Assembly: GCF_018350175.1 (NCBI RefSeq)
Contig: NC_058368.1
Span: forward strand, 177,508,001-177,572,000
Reading direction: 5' to 3'
Source: Felis catus
Lineage: Eukaryota
DNA length: 64,000 bases
Both the position numbers and the translations under genes were made by a program. Shown piece after piece: positions 36,640 to 48,349 of the stretch (position 1 is its first letter; every line of letters begins with the position of its first letter). The notes below the pieces were generated by a model that was not told where the DNA came from, made no database searches, and saw only the letters and a program-made list of their open reading frames with translations.

Positions 36640-37620
36640 TCCCTTACACATGTTCACTAAAGAACATACACACAAGAAAATTCATGCAGGCATTTTCACA
36701 ATAGCAGAAACACAAACGCTTATCAACAGGAGAGTGAATGAATAAAGAATACTGGCTACACACTGCGGAATATTATACAGCAGTGAAAATGAATGAACCA
36801 CAGAAACATGCAACAATCTTGGTGTATCAGTCGCTGATCACTGTGTAACAAACCATTCCAAACTTAGTGGCTTAAACGGCCATTACGTATTTCATTCATA
36901 ATTCAGCAGGTAGGCATTTGGGGCTGGACTCAGCTGCGCAGCTCTTCTGGTCCCAGCTGGGCTTCCTCATGAATCCGTGAGCAGTGGAGAGTCAGCTAGG
37001 GTGATGGTGTCCATTGGGCCACATGTCTCTCATCACCCAGCAAGCTAGCTTGTTCACATGATGGAAGGTTCCAGGAGAATGAGGAAGAGTATACAGACTT
37101 TCAATGCCTAAGCTCAGAAATGGCACATTACCACTTTTGCCACATTATATTAGTCAAAGAAATAGACAGCTGGAGAGTTTTAAGAAGTGGGGTAAGAGAC
37201 TCCACCTCCTGATGCCCCAGTCCATCTAGTCACCTTGCAAAAGGGATGTGGGGGCAGGAAGAGGGATGACTGTAGCCATATTTGCAAACAAACTAGTGTG
37301 CCTGGAAATGTAACATTAAGTGAAAAAAAAAGTAAATTCCAAAAGATTACCTCCCAAAAGACACCTGTTCATAAAACTTAAAATTAGATGTTCGGAATAC
37401 AGATGGATGAAAAAAAGATTTTGTTTAAAACGAATGCTACCGAGCAAAAAACTCTGAATGCAGGACAGTGTCCTCAGAGGGCAGAAGGCAAGGAGATGGG
37501 ACAGGGGAATGATGCCTTTGGAATGCAGGTTATGGTCAAAGTCCTTGCTTTTGTTTTCATCATTAAAAATGACGATTTTTTTAGTGGGCCATATAGAAAC
37601 CTTGATTACCATTAGTTAAA
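36640..37620 (+). mobile_element. L1ME 3' fragment interrupted by an MLT1 LTR
   Basis: tatcaacaggagagtgaatgaataaa...gaatattatacagcagtgaaaatgaatgaaccacag..catgcaacaa [LTR] aacattaagtgaaaaaaaaagtaaattccaaaag. Confidence 0.7.
36823..37295 (-). mobile_element. MaLR MLT1 (F/G/H-like) solo LTR
   Basis: tgtatcagtc...tgtgtaacaaaccattccaaacttagtggcttaaac...gctcagaaatggcacattaccacttttgccacatt. Confidence 0.85.
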
Positions 37621-37660
37621 CCGTGTGTCCTCGAGGTCCATAGAGAGAGAGAGAGAAAGA

Positions 37661-37893
37661 GGGGCGCCTGGGTGGCGCAGTCGGTTAAGCATCCGACTTC
37701 AGCTAGGTCACGATCTCGCAGTCCGTGAGTTCGAGCCCCGCGTCGGGCTCTGGGCTGATGATGGCTCAGAGCCTGGAGCCTGTTTCCGATTCTGTGTCTC
37801 CCTCTCTCGCTGCCCCCGCCCCGTTCATGCTCTGTCTCTCTCTGTCCCCAAAATAAATAAACGTTGAAAAAAAAAATTAAAAAAAAAAAAAAA
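37661..37893 (+). mobile_element. Young felid CAN-SINE
   Basis: CpG-rich body, long A tail; TSD agagagagagagagaaagag on both sides. Confidence 0.97.
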
Positions 37894-38744
37894 AGAGAGA
37901 GAGAGAGAGAAAGAGAGACTGAGAAAGAGGAAAGGGCCAACACATACCGCACCAGGTAAAATGGCCAAGACGTGGGCATCTCTTAGATGTGAACGAAGAG
38001 GGGAAAAGAGGATCAAGGATCGCTTCTGGAACACCAGCTCGAGTGGCTGAGTGACAGCACCAGCTCTGAGCTAGGGAACCCTGTGAGGGAAGGCCGTTTG
38101 GAGAGGACCAGGGGTTGCGTGTGGGGAATGTTGAGTTTGAATGCCTGTGGAGCTCCTGGAAGCGAGGTCCCCTAGGCTGCTGGTTTTCCAAAACTTGGGA
38201 GAAGGGTCAGGGCTGGAGTAACAGGAGCTTTAGCAGATCTGAAATGGAGACCATCCCAGAAAGGCCTGCGTTACATCAAGATTGAAGGCCTCCCTTCAGC
38301 GGAGAGCCACCCCCAGCTGTCTGGCTTTGGTTGGGCCCTCGCCTCACCCAGCCCGTCCTGACAGCTCCTCGGGGCACGTCCACAGCCAGGTTTCCCTTCT
38401 TAGCAGTCAGGCCTCCACCCTGAAATCCCGGGCCAAGCGAGTAAGCTTGGAGTTGTGGCTGAGGGGGGCCCCAGCAGCAGTCTCCTCCCCCGGCAGGGCC
38501 AATGGGACCCCAGAGGGGGCTGGATGTTTGTGCAGATGACATGTTTATGGCCCAACCTCTCCTTACTCATGCTTTTGGCTTCCCCTCGCTGATTTTGGCT
38601 GGGTGGGTCCCAGTTCTGCTGCTGGATTTGGGAGCCTTGGGGCTGGGGCTGAACAGAACTTCCTTTAGTGGTTCCAACCAAGGACGGTTCCAGCCCCTTC
38701 CCCCAGTCCCCCTAGACCTCATATTTTCCCACACCCAACTTTAT

Positions 38745-38880
38745 TACAGAATGCTAGCATCTCAGAGCTGGAAGGGGCCTCCGGCATCATTTCGTCCAAC
38801 ATCTCCTTTCCTAGATGAAGAAACTGAGGCCCACAGAGAGGAAGGGACTTGCCCAAGGTCACCCAAGCAGGTAGAGACAG
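38745..38880 (-). mobile_element. MIR (MIR3/MIRc-like)
   Basis: agaatgctagcatctcagagctggaagggg...ctagatgaagaaactgaggcccacagag..gacttgcccaaggtcac. Confidence 0.75.
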
Positions 38881-39614
38881 AAGATGCTGGCATCTCGATG
38901 CACAGCTCGGGGCTTTGAGACCATCCTGCAAACACCAGCTTCCTTGGTTGCTGTTTTGTTTGGGAAAGGACAGTCCAGCTTTCTTAAGCCTGCCGCAGTA
39001 ACTTTCTCTCCTCCCAGGGAGGCAACAGACAGTGACGGACTCTGCTTTTACAGTTTAATTCCATAGGAAATTGGAAATTGCCTGTCAGAGGTGTCCGGGT
39101 GGCCCGGCTGCCCCGCCCTGACCTGGCGGCCAAAGCTTCTCCCTGTTCCTGGCTTGGGGGCCCTTTTCAGAAGCTCTTCCGAGGGCTACTGTGGATTCTC
39201 TCCCTGCTCTTCCTCCCAGGGCAGGATGCTCGCACAGAGCAGCCAGGCCTGGCTGGGGCCCTAAACCCTGACATTTAGCCGTGCTCTTTTCCAGAAGTCT
39301 CTGGCCCTGAGCTCCGGCCTGGCTTTCGTATCATCTCCTGCCCCGAGTTCCCAGGGAAATTGGAGGAAGGGGCTCCCTGCCCTCCTCCGGGAATCCTGGG
39401 TCACCAACATTCCCTGAGAGGCCCTGCACTGCTCTCCCAGAACTCGTCACCTTCCTGGGGTTTCTGACATTGCAGTGGGCTGCCCTTACCTGTTCCCTTC
39501 TCTAGGCGTCCCCTGAACTTGGGATCCTGTGCTGGCACCTCCATCTTCCTCAAGAAGCAGCCTGGTGGCTTCAGGAGTTCAGTGTTGCTGTTGTGCCGTC
39601 GTTACAGAGAAAGT

Positions 39615-39815
39615 CTCTGACTTCTGGCTCCTGGATCGAACCCCGGCGTCACTGCTTTTGAGCTCTGTGATCTTGAACAAATCGTTTCATTTCTCTGGGC
39701 CTCAGCTGTCTCATCTGTACGATGGGGATGATAACAGTACCAAATGTATAGGGTTATTGTGAGGATTATATGGGGTAGTGCATGTCAAGTGTCCAATAAA
39801 TGTTAGAACTGCTAA
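39615..39815 (+). mobile_element. MIR
   Basis: agctctgtgatcttgaacaaatc...ctctgggcctcagctgtctcatctgtacgatggggatgataacagtacc...gggttattgtgaggatta. Confidence 0.8.
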
Positions 39816-39959
39816 TATCCTATTCTTGCATCCACCTCATCTGGCCCCTCAGGGCCAAGCCCAGAACTAGGCTATGAGAGTCGAAAAGCGCTTGGGAGCT
39901 GACCCCTTAAACAACTGGTGGAAAGAATGCAACACAAGCAGTCTACACCTTCCGGGTCC

Positions 39960-40238
39960 CAGTCAATACAATGAATCCTCACTGTGGCTTCCTATGGGTT
40001 GATACTACGCTTGTGGCTAGAGACACAATGATGAGCAAGGAGGATATAGTCCCTGCCCTCCTGGCACTCCCATTCCAGAGGTGGGGTAGGCAAGTCAGGG
40101 AGCCCTCTCAGCACTGTTGAGGAGACGATGACGTGGTAGAAGTGAGCTCAGGGGTCTGTGGGCCCAGAGGAGGCACTCCTAACCCAGCCTTAGGAAGCAG
40201 GGAGAGGAGGTGAGTCGGCAGCTGGGACCTGATGAGTG

Positions 40239-40277
<39 letters not shown>

Positions 40278-40580
40278 GTGGAAGCCAGTGTCCCAGAAAA
40301 AAGGAGCCTCATGCACATACACCTGAGGGAGGAGTAGGAGAACACACATGAGGCTGCAGGAGGGGAAAGAGGCCAGACCTCAAGGGCCTTATAGGTTTGT
40401 TCTGAAGACACTGGGGAGCCATTGAAGAGTAAAGAGCAGAAGAGTAGTAAAGGGAGACTTGCCTTTTAGATTGCCTAGTCAGTGTAGTGAATGGACTGGA
40501 GGAGTGAGGCCTGGAGGCAGGGGGATATACAATGGAGACATTGGAGTAACCAAGTGACAGAAGATGGCAGAATATGGAAT
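39960..40580 (-). mobile_element. L2 fragments around a GT repeat
   Basis: ctagagacacaatgatgagcaag..atagtccctgccctcctgg; ggggagccattgaagagt...gaatggactggagg...ggaggcaggg. Confidence 0.6.
40242..40275 (+). repeat. (GT)17 microsatellite
   Basis: Perfect run. Confidence 0.95.
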
Positions 40581-40962
40581 AAAGTTCAATATTTGGGATG
40601 ACACTAAGGCCACTCTAAAACGGTCCACTGAGCCTTCCCAGTCTTACCTTCGACTAAAACTGAGTTCTAAGAATCCGAGGAGATCCATGGGCCTGGACAT
40701 GTCATGCTAAGCATAAAATGCAAGTGTGAGAAATTATTATCTCTGGGATAGTTAGTGATGGGTTTGCTAACCATACCCACGTAAGCCTCCTGCTGAATCT
40801 AAAACCAGCATCTCCTCTTTGAGAAAGGCCTGAGAATTTATTTCAGTTTGTCCCCAGAGAATCCTAATGGATACTTGCAACTGGGGACACAAAATTGAAT
40901 TCCATGCCATCCATTCCAACTAGATGTCTTCACTGTTTTACCCCCGTGGGGCTTCTGGATGA

Positions 40963-40964
<2 letters not shown>

Positions 40965-41000
<36 letters not shown>
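40965..41000 (+). repeat. (CA)18 microsatellite
   Basis: Perfect run. Confidence 0.95.
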
Positions 41001-41010
<10 letters not shown>

Positions 41011-41296
41011 CCAGCCTAAAGGCTGTGGGTGGTGTGGAGGATATAGGTAGTCCCTAATTTTCACTTTGAAGATTAGAGGGGATATGGTATAAAGGAAATA
41101 TCAGAATCTATTTCTACACTTAGAAGCCTCAAAATCATTTAAATGCCAACAATCATGCTCCTTTTCTTGTCTACTAGTTCTGGCTTCCTGAGGTCCAGCC
41201 TAGCTGTCCACAAGGAGCTATATTGGGGTGGGGTGAGGAGTATTGTTAGCATTTGGAGTTTAATTGCGGTACCCTTAAGAACTTTAGCAAAACAGT

Positions 41297-41511
41297 GGGG
41301 CGCCTAGGTGGCTTAGTCAGTTAATCGTCCGGCTTCAGCTCAGGTCATGATCTCACAGTCTGTGAGTTTGAGCCCCACGTCAGGCTCTGTGCTGACAGCT
41401 CAGAGCCTGGAGCCTGCTTCGGATTCTGTGTTTCCCTCTCTCTCTGCCCCTCCCTTGCTCATGCTCTGTCTCTCTCTGTCTCAAAAATAAAGACATTAAA
41501 AAAAAAATTAA
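41297..41511 (+). mobile_element. Felid CAN-SINE
   Basis: ggggcgcctaggtggcttagtcagttaa head, CT tract, A tail. Confidence 0.96.
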
Positions 41512-41829
41512 TGCCCTCAGGGGATGAATTTAAGATCAATATAAAATAGATCAGTGCAGAGTTGCAAAGTTATCTAAATATGACTAGATGGCTCCCAGAC
41601 CTACAAGATTTAACTCAGAGCTATTGAAAGATCTAAAGAAATAACAAACTCCATTTCCAGGCAATATGGCAGATTAAATGTACAGAAATGCTATCTCATT
41701 CCAAACACCTGAAACCTGCTGGATAAAATATTAAATTCTCTTTGTATACATGGACAAGTCATTAGACATTCACTTTAATTGTCAATCATAAGAAAGGGTT
41801 TTCACTCTGAGAAATAAAGAAAAGTACTC

Positions 41830-42457
41830 TTCTATCTGCAGTGCTCTGTATATCTAATATCTGGAATACAATAAAAATTTATAAGACATTTAAAGAAGCA
41901 AGCGCGAAATATTATTATAACCAAGAGGAAACACAACCAATAGAAACAGATCCAGAAGGGATAGTTATTGGAATTGGCAGATAAGGACTTCAGAACAACT
42001 ATTATAAATATGTTTAAATTTTTAGAGGTACAAAAAGATAAAGAGATTGGGCATTTCTGCAGAAAACTGTAAACTCTGAAAAATAACAAAGTGTAAACTC
42101 TGAAACTAAAATATGTGAAATAAAAAATTAATTAGATGAACCCAACAGTGGATTAGTCAATACAGAGAAAAAGATCAGTGAACTTGAACACAAGTAAATT
42201 GAAGTTATCCAAAGTGAGGAACAGAAAGAAAAAGAATTGAATAAAAATAAGCAAAACATCAGTAATAATGATGTTTAATACTGTAAAATATAAAACAGCC
42301 TAACATATGTGTAATTTAAGTCCCAGAAAGAGTGGAGAGACAAAATGAGACTTAAGAAATATTTGAAGAATTAATGACCAAGATTTTTCCAAATTTGTTT
42401 AAAAAAAAATACAGATCCAAGAAGCTCAACAAGTCTCAAGCAAGATTTAAGGAAGAA

Positions 42458-42505
<48 letters not shown>

Positions 42506-43377
42506 AACATGTCATTGTAAAATTCTTGAAAAACAAAGATGAAATCTTTAAAAAAAAGCCAGAGGAAAAGAAACATATTATATTGAAGAGAATAAGAATG
42601 AAATTGATTGTAATACACAATGCAAGTAACAAGAAAGTTGAACAATCTTCTAAGTACTGGGGTGAAAAAACTGTCAACCTAGAAATCTATATTTGGAGAA
42701 AATATCCTTCAAAACAGAAGGCAAAACAATGATATCTCAAGATAAACAAAAAGTGAGAGAATTTGTAGCTCCCAGATGCACCTAAAATAAATTAATTGCT
42801 AAAAAAAAAGTGGGGGGCCTCTGGGAAGAAGAGAAATGATATTAGATGAAAAGTTGAATCTATGAGAAAGAATGGAAAGTGCCAGAAAAAATAAATATGA
42901 AGGTAAAAACAAAAGTCCATTTTTTCTGTTTGCTTAATTTTTGAAAGACAACTGAGAGTGTCAGTGAAAGAATGTGTAGTAAGGCTTATAATATATAACA
43001 AAAGTAAAATACAAAAAAAAATAATAGTGTTGACAACAAGAGAGGGTTAATGGAAGTGTACTTTTGTAGAGTTTTAGCTTAAACATGAAGTTTTATATTA
43101 TTAATTGAAGATATATTGTGATAAATTAAGGATGCATGTTTCAATGTCTAGAGCAAACAAAAAAATAATAAAGTAAAAATGCAGAGCTAAAAAGCCAACA
43201 GAGGGTATTTAGAAAAATAGTTAAAAGCCCTTGATTAATTTTTTAAATGCAAGAAAAGAAAATCAAAGGAACAAAAAACCAGAAAAAATAGAAAACAAAT
43301 AGCAATATGTTACATTTAAGCTCAACCATATTAATAATTATACCAAATGTAAATGGGCTAACAGCTCCATTTAAAAG
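41830..43377 (+). mobile_element. Old L1 (L1M/L1ME) decayed ORF1, spacer and ORF2 start
   Basis: gatcagtgaacttgaa, gtcccagaa..., cagatccaagaagctcaacaa, aactgtcaacctagaaatctatatt (ORF1-like); aatgtaaatgggcta = NVNGL at 43346-43360. Confidence 0.8.
42460..42507 (+). repeat. (GAAA)12 microsatellite
   Basis: Perfect run inside the L1. Confidence 0.95.
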
Positions 43378-44367
43378 ACTTCTGCTTTTGGCCAAGATGG
43401 AGTAACAGGAACTGTATTTACCTTCCCACTGGAATATCAATATTTTAAAACTGTTTTCAAGATGAAATGAACATCTGGAACAGGGGATGGTGATTGCTGA
43501 GAGATGGAAAATATATAGAATGACCATATAATTGTCTTATTTATGCCCTGAGGGTGTTGCCAGAGAAACTCGGACAAGCCCAAAAGATTCCTTGAGCTGA
43601 GGAGACAGAGCTAAGAACCCAAGCAAAGGTACCTAGAGTTTGATGGATAGAGTATTAGAGAGGAGACAGCTACATGGAGCATCAACACTGGAGTTCTGCA
43701 GAGGGACCTCTCCATGTCTTCCACAGAGTACTGATAAACATATGTGTATGAGGAAAGTGCTTGAGGCCAGAGAAAGGACCACTTAAAGGGATTAGAGGGA
43801 ACAGTACACAGAGCTCAAAAACAATCAGGAATAGGGACTGTTCTCACCATAAAGACTGAAAAAACTCATAACTGAAGAACAGAGTACTCAGAAGGGTCTT
43901 AATTCAGTGGGAGAAGAGGATAATTAGCTTTAGAAGAAACACTGTTCATGTGCCATCTAAGAAATCATAAAAGAAAGACCTAAAAGGGTTAAAATGGTTC
44001 TAAGTAACTAAAGTTTATCCCAGAAAGAAAAGACCCTCAAGAATATAGGAGTGTAAAAATGTACAACCAATAACATCAAATTCAAAATTTTTGGTCTTCA
44101 ACAAAAAATTACCAGCCATCCAAAGAAGAGGACATAAAATACGTGATACATAATGGAGGGAAAACTCAATAAAAACTGACAAAGAACTGACAGAAATTTC
44201 AGAATTGACAGACAAGAACATCAAATTAGCTAATACAGTTACATTCCAGTTGTTCAAAAAGTTAAGTAAAGGTATTAAAGATATAAAAAAAATCATGATG
44301 AATTTATAAAGATGAAATCTACAATGTCTGAGATGAAAAAATACCGAATGAGATTAAACGTATTTTA

Positions 44368-44586
44368 GGGGCATCTGGGTGGCTCAGTTGGTTGAGCATC
44401 TGACTTCGGCTCATGTCATGATCTTATAGTTTGTGGGTTCGAGCCCTGAGTCGGGCTCTGTGCTGATAGCTCAGAGCCTGGAACCTGTTTCAGGTTCTGT
44501 GTTTCCTCTCTCTCTGCTCCTTCCCCACATGCACCCTCTTTCTCTCTCTCAAAAATAAATAAACATTTTTAAAAATTAAAAAAAAA
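44368..44586 (+). mobile_element. Felid CAN-SINE inside L1 ORF1
   Basis: Full element; TSD gtattttag. Confidence 0.95.
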
Positions 44587-45775
44587 GTATTTTAGATATG
44601 GTGGAAGGAAATATTAGTGTATTTGAAGACAGTAATGGAAACTATGCAAAATGAAGCATAGAGAGAAAAAAATAACTTAAAAAATGAAAAGAGTATGAGT
44701 GAGCTGTGGGACAATTTCAAGTGGTATAATATATATGTAGTTGGAGTCCCTGAAGGAATAACAGAGACAGAAAAAAATATTTGAAGACAGAATGGCCACA
44801 AACTTTCTAAATTTAGTGAAAACTATAAATCCAAAGACCTAAGAAGCTTAACAAACTTCTATCTCAATAAACCTGAAGAAAACTACACCAAGGCATATCA
44901 TAATCAAACTTACTCAAAACTGGTGATAAGGAAAATATCTTAAGAGCAGCCAGACGGCAGGGGGAAAGACACTTTACATGCAGAGGTTCAAAGATAAGGA
45001 TGACATCAGATCTGTTTTTGAAAACAATACAAGCAAAGAGACAATAGAGCGACATCTTGAAATTAAAAAAAAAAAAAACAACAACCCTAATAACCTAAAA
45101 TTGTATACTCATCCAGTATGTCTTTCAAAAACAAAGTCAAAATAAAGACTTTTTCAGACATACAGAAAGTGAAAGAGTTCATCACAACTCAACTACAGAG
45201 TAATAAATGTCTTTAAAAGTCCTTCGTTGAGTAGAGGGAAAATGATGCTAGAATTAAGCCTGGATCCACTCGAAGGAACGAAGGGCTCTAGAGAAGACAC
45301 TCAACTGGTAAATATAAAAGATTTACTGAAGTGATAATTTAGTTTTAAAATAAACATGATAGTATAGAGTGGTTCAAATCTTACATATTAGTAAAATGTG
45401 TAAAAATAGCATAAAGACTGTGAGGGGAGAAATGGAAGCATACCACTCTAAAATTCTTAAACTGTATGAAGTGGCTTAATATTATTTAAGAGTAGGTTGT
45501 GACAGGTTAAGGATGATACTATAAACGCTAAAACAACCACTAAAGTTACCAGAGAGCTATGGTTAATAATCCAACAAAGAAGATGAAATAGAATCATAAA
45601 AAGTTTCAATCCAAAAAAAGGCAGAAAAAGAGGGAAGAGAAAACAACAGATGGGAAAAATGAAAAACAAATATCAAGATGATAGACTTAAACCTAATTAT
45701 ATAATCACATTAAATGTAAATGTTCTAGAAACCCCCATAGAAAGGGCAGAGATTTTTAGGTTGTATTTAAAGAAG

Positions 45776-45823
45776 AAGAACAAGAACAAGAACAAGAACA
45801 AGAACAAGAACAAGAACAAGAAC
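45776..45823 (+). repeat. (AAGAAC)8 hexanucleotide microsatellite
   Basis: Perfect run inside the L1 ORF2 start; produces KNKNKN in the ORF track. Confidence 0.95.
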
Positions 45824-46027
45824 AAGAAGAAAAGACACAATTACATCCTGCTTATAAGAAATATATTTTATATATAAAGATAAAAATAAATTGAAAGTAG
45901 AAGGATGAGAAAAGAGATGAAAAAAGAGTCATTCCCAATCAAAAGAAAGCTATAATGGCTATATGAATATCAAACAAAGTAGATTTCAGGGCAAAGAGCA
46001 TTACTAGGGAAAAAGAAGCTCATTTTA

Positions 46028-46227
46028 AGTTAAAAAAAATTTTTTTTAATGTTTATTTATTTTTGACAGAGAGACAGAGACAGACAGAGTATGAGCGGGG
46101 GAGGGGCAGAGAGAGGAAGACACAGAATCCAAAGCAGGCTTTAGGCTCTGAGCTATTAGCACAGAGCCTGATGTAGGACGCAAACCCACAAACCACAAGA
46201 TCATGACCTGAGCCACCCAGGGGCCCC
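46028..46227 (-). mobile_element. Felid CAN-SINE with a deletion in the head
   Basis: Perfect TSD aagaagctcatttta at 46013-46027 and 46228-46242. Confidence 0.95.
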
Positions 46228-46991
46228 AAGAAGCTCATTTTATTAGCTAAATTAGACAGAGTTCAATTCATCAAGACATAACAACTCCAAATGTTTATAC
46301 ACCTAATACAGAGCTTCAAAACACATGAAACAAAACTGATAGAATCGAGCTACAGTGAGAAATAGACAAATCCATCCTTATAATAAAAGATTTCATTACT
46401 CTTCTCTCAAGAGTAGATAGAATAAGTAGACAGAAAATCAGTAAGGATATAGAAGACTTGAACAACACTATTAACCAACTTGACCTAATTGGCATTTATA
46501 CAGCACTCCACCCAACAACAGCAGAATACACATTCTTTTCAAGTGCACAAGGAACATTTACCAAGAAAGACCATATTCTGGGCTATAAAACAAGCCTAAT
46601 AAACTTAAAAGGATTCTAGTTATACGTTCTCTGACCACAATGAAATCAAATTATAAATTAATAACAAAGATCTCTGGAAAATCCACAAATATTTGAAACT
46701 AAATAACACGTTTTTAAGTAATTGAGGGGTCAAAGAAAAAATCAAAAGGGGAATTAGAAAGTATTTTAAACGGAATGAAAGTAAAAAGGCAACATATCAA
46801 AATTTGTAAGCTATCACTAAATCAGTACTTATAAGGGAATATATAGCACTAATTGGATCTATTAGAAAGAATTCTCAAATTAATGACCTCAGATTTTACC
46901 TTAAGAAACTAGAAAAAAAAAGAACAAATTAAACCCAAAGAAAGCTAAAGAAAAGAACTAATAAAAAATCACTATAGAAATTAATGAAATA

Positions 46992-47213
46992 GGGGTGCCT
47001 GAGTGGCTCAGTTGGTTGAGTGTCTGACTTCAGCTCACATCATGATCTCACAGTTCGTGAGTTCAAGCCCTGCATTGGGCTCCATGCTGGCAGTGCAGGA
47101 CCTGCTTGGGATTCTCTCTCTCTCCTCTCTCTCTCTGCCCCTCCCCTGCTTGTGCTCTCTCTCTCTCTCTCTCTCAATCTCTGACAAATAAACTTTAAGC
47201 AAACAAACAAAAA
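46992..47213 (+). mobile_element. CAN-SINE
   Basis: Full element; TSD agaaat(t/c)aatgaaata. Confidence 0.95.
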
Positions 47214-47666
47214 AGAAATCAATGAAATATAAAACAGAAAAACAATAGAAAAATCAATGAAACCAAAACCTGGCTCCCTGAAAATATCAATACATTTAAA
47301 AATTTCTACCTTAACTGATTGGGAAAGAGGAAGAGATTATACAAATTGCCAATTTCAGAAACAAAGAGAAGTGACATCACTGCAGATTATATCCCTAAAA
47401 CTCATAAAGAAAATAATTTTTCAGTTAAAGATTATCCCAAAAACAAAACTCTAGACTTCAGATGGTTTCATTGGTATTACTGAACATTTAAGAAAGAAAT
47501 AATACCTGTTATATACAAACACTTCCAGAAAATTGAAGAGAGGGAGTATTTTCCAATTTACTCTTCAAGGCCAGCAGTATCCTAATGCCAAAACTAGGCT
47601 AATAAATAACAATATAAAAAAACCTACAGACCAATATCTATCATGAATCTAGATGCAAAAATTCTA

Positions 47667-47883
47667 GGGGCACCTGGGAGGCTCAGTTGGTTAAGCATCT
47701 GACTTCAGCTCAGGTCATGATCTCACAGTTCATGGGTTTGAGCCCCGCATCAGGTTCTGTGCTGACAGCTCAGAGCTTGGAGTCTGCTTAGGATTCTGTG
47801 TCTCCCTCTCTCTCTGCCCCCTCCCCTACTCGTGCTCTGTCTCTCTGTCTCTCAAAATGAATAAACCTTAAAAAAATTTATAA
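47667..47883 (+). mobile_element. Felid CAN-SINE
   Basis: Full element; TSD aaaaattcta. Confidence 0.95.
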
Positions 47884-48349
47884 AAAAATTCTAAACAAGA
47901 TTTTTGCCTATCAAATCCAACAATATGTAGAAAAAATAATACATTATGATGAAATGGGATTTAATCCTAGGCATACAGGTTGACTTAATATCAAAAATTA
48001 ATCAGTGTTACTCACCATAGTAAAAACTAAAAAGAAAAACCATTTGATCTTCTCAATAGATACAGAAAAAAGAATTTGACAGAAATCCGACATTTACTCC
48101 TGATTGAAAACAAAACAAAGCAAACTCTCAGCAAACTAAGAATAGAAAGGAATCCCCCAATCTCATAAAGAATGTTTATTTAAAAACCTGCAGCTAACAT
48201 CATACTTAATCCAGAAAAACTGAATCTTTTCTCCCTTAGATCAGGAACAAACTAAGGATGTTGGTTTTTAACACTTCCATTTAGCATTGTACATGAGACA
48301 ATCTGTGCACTTTATTATGTTAATTATACCTCAATAAGATCGTCTTCAT

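Larger units (their letters stand above)
43378..48340 (+). mobile_element. L1M element with 5' UTR, decayed ORF1, ORF2 endonuclease to mid-RT, then a short 3' terminus; carries four SINEs
   Basis: 5' end ttctgcttttggccaagatggagtaacagg; ORF1 motifs tgagctgtgggacaatttcaag, acaccaaggcatatcataatcaaact; TLNVNVL at about 45707; gacttgaacaacacta, ctctgaccacaatg (SDHN), cctacagaccaatatc (YRPIS). Confidence 0.85.
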
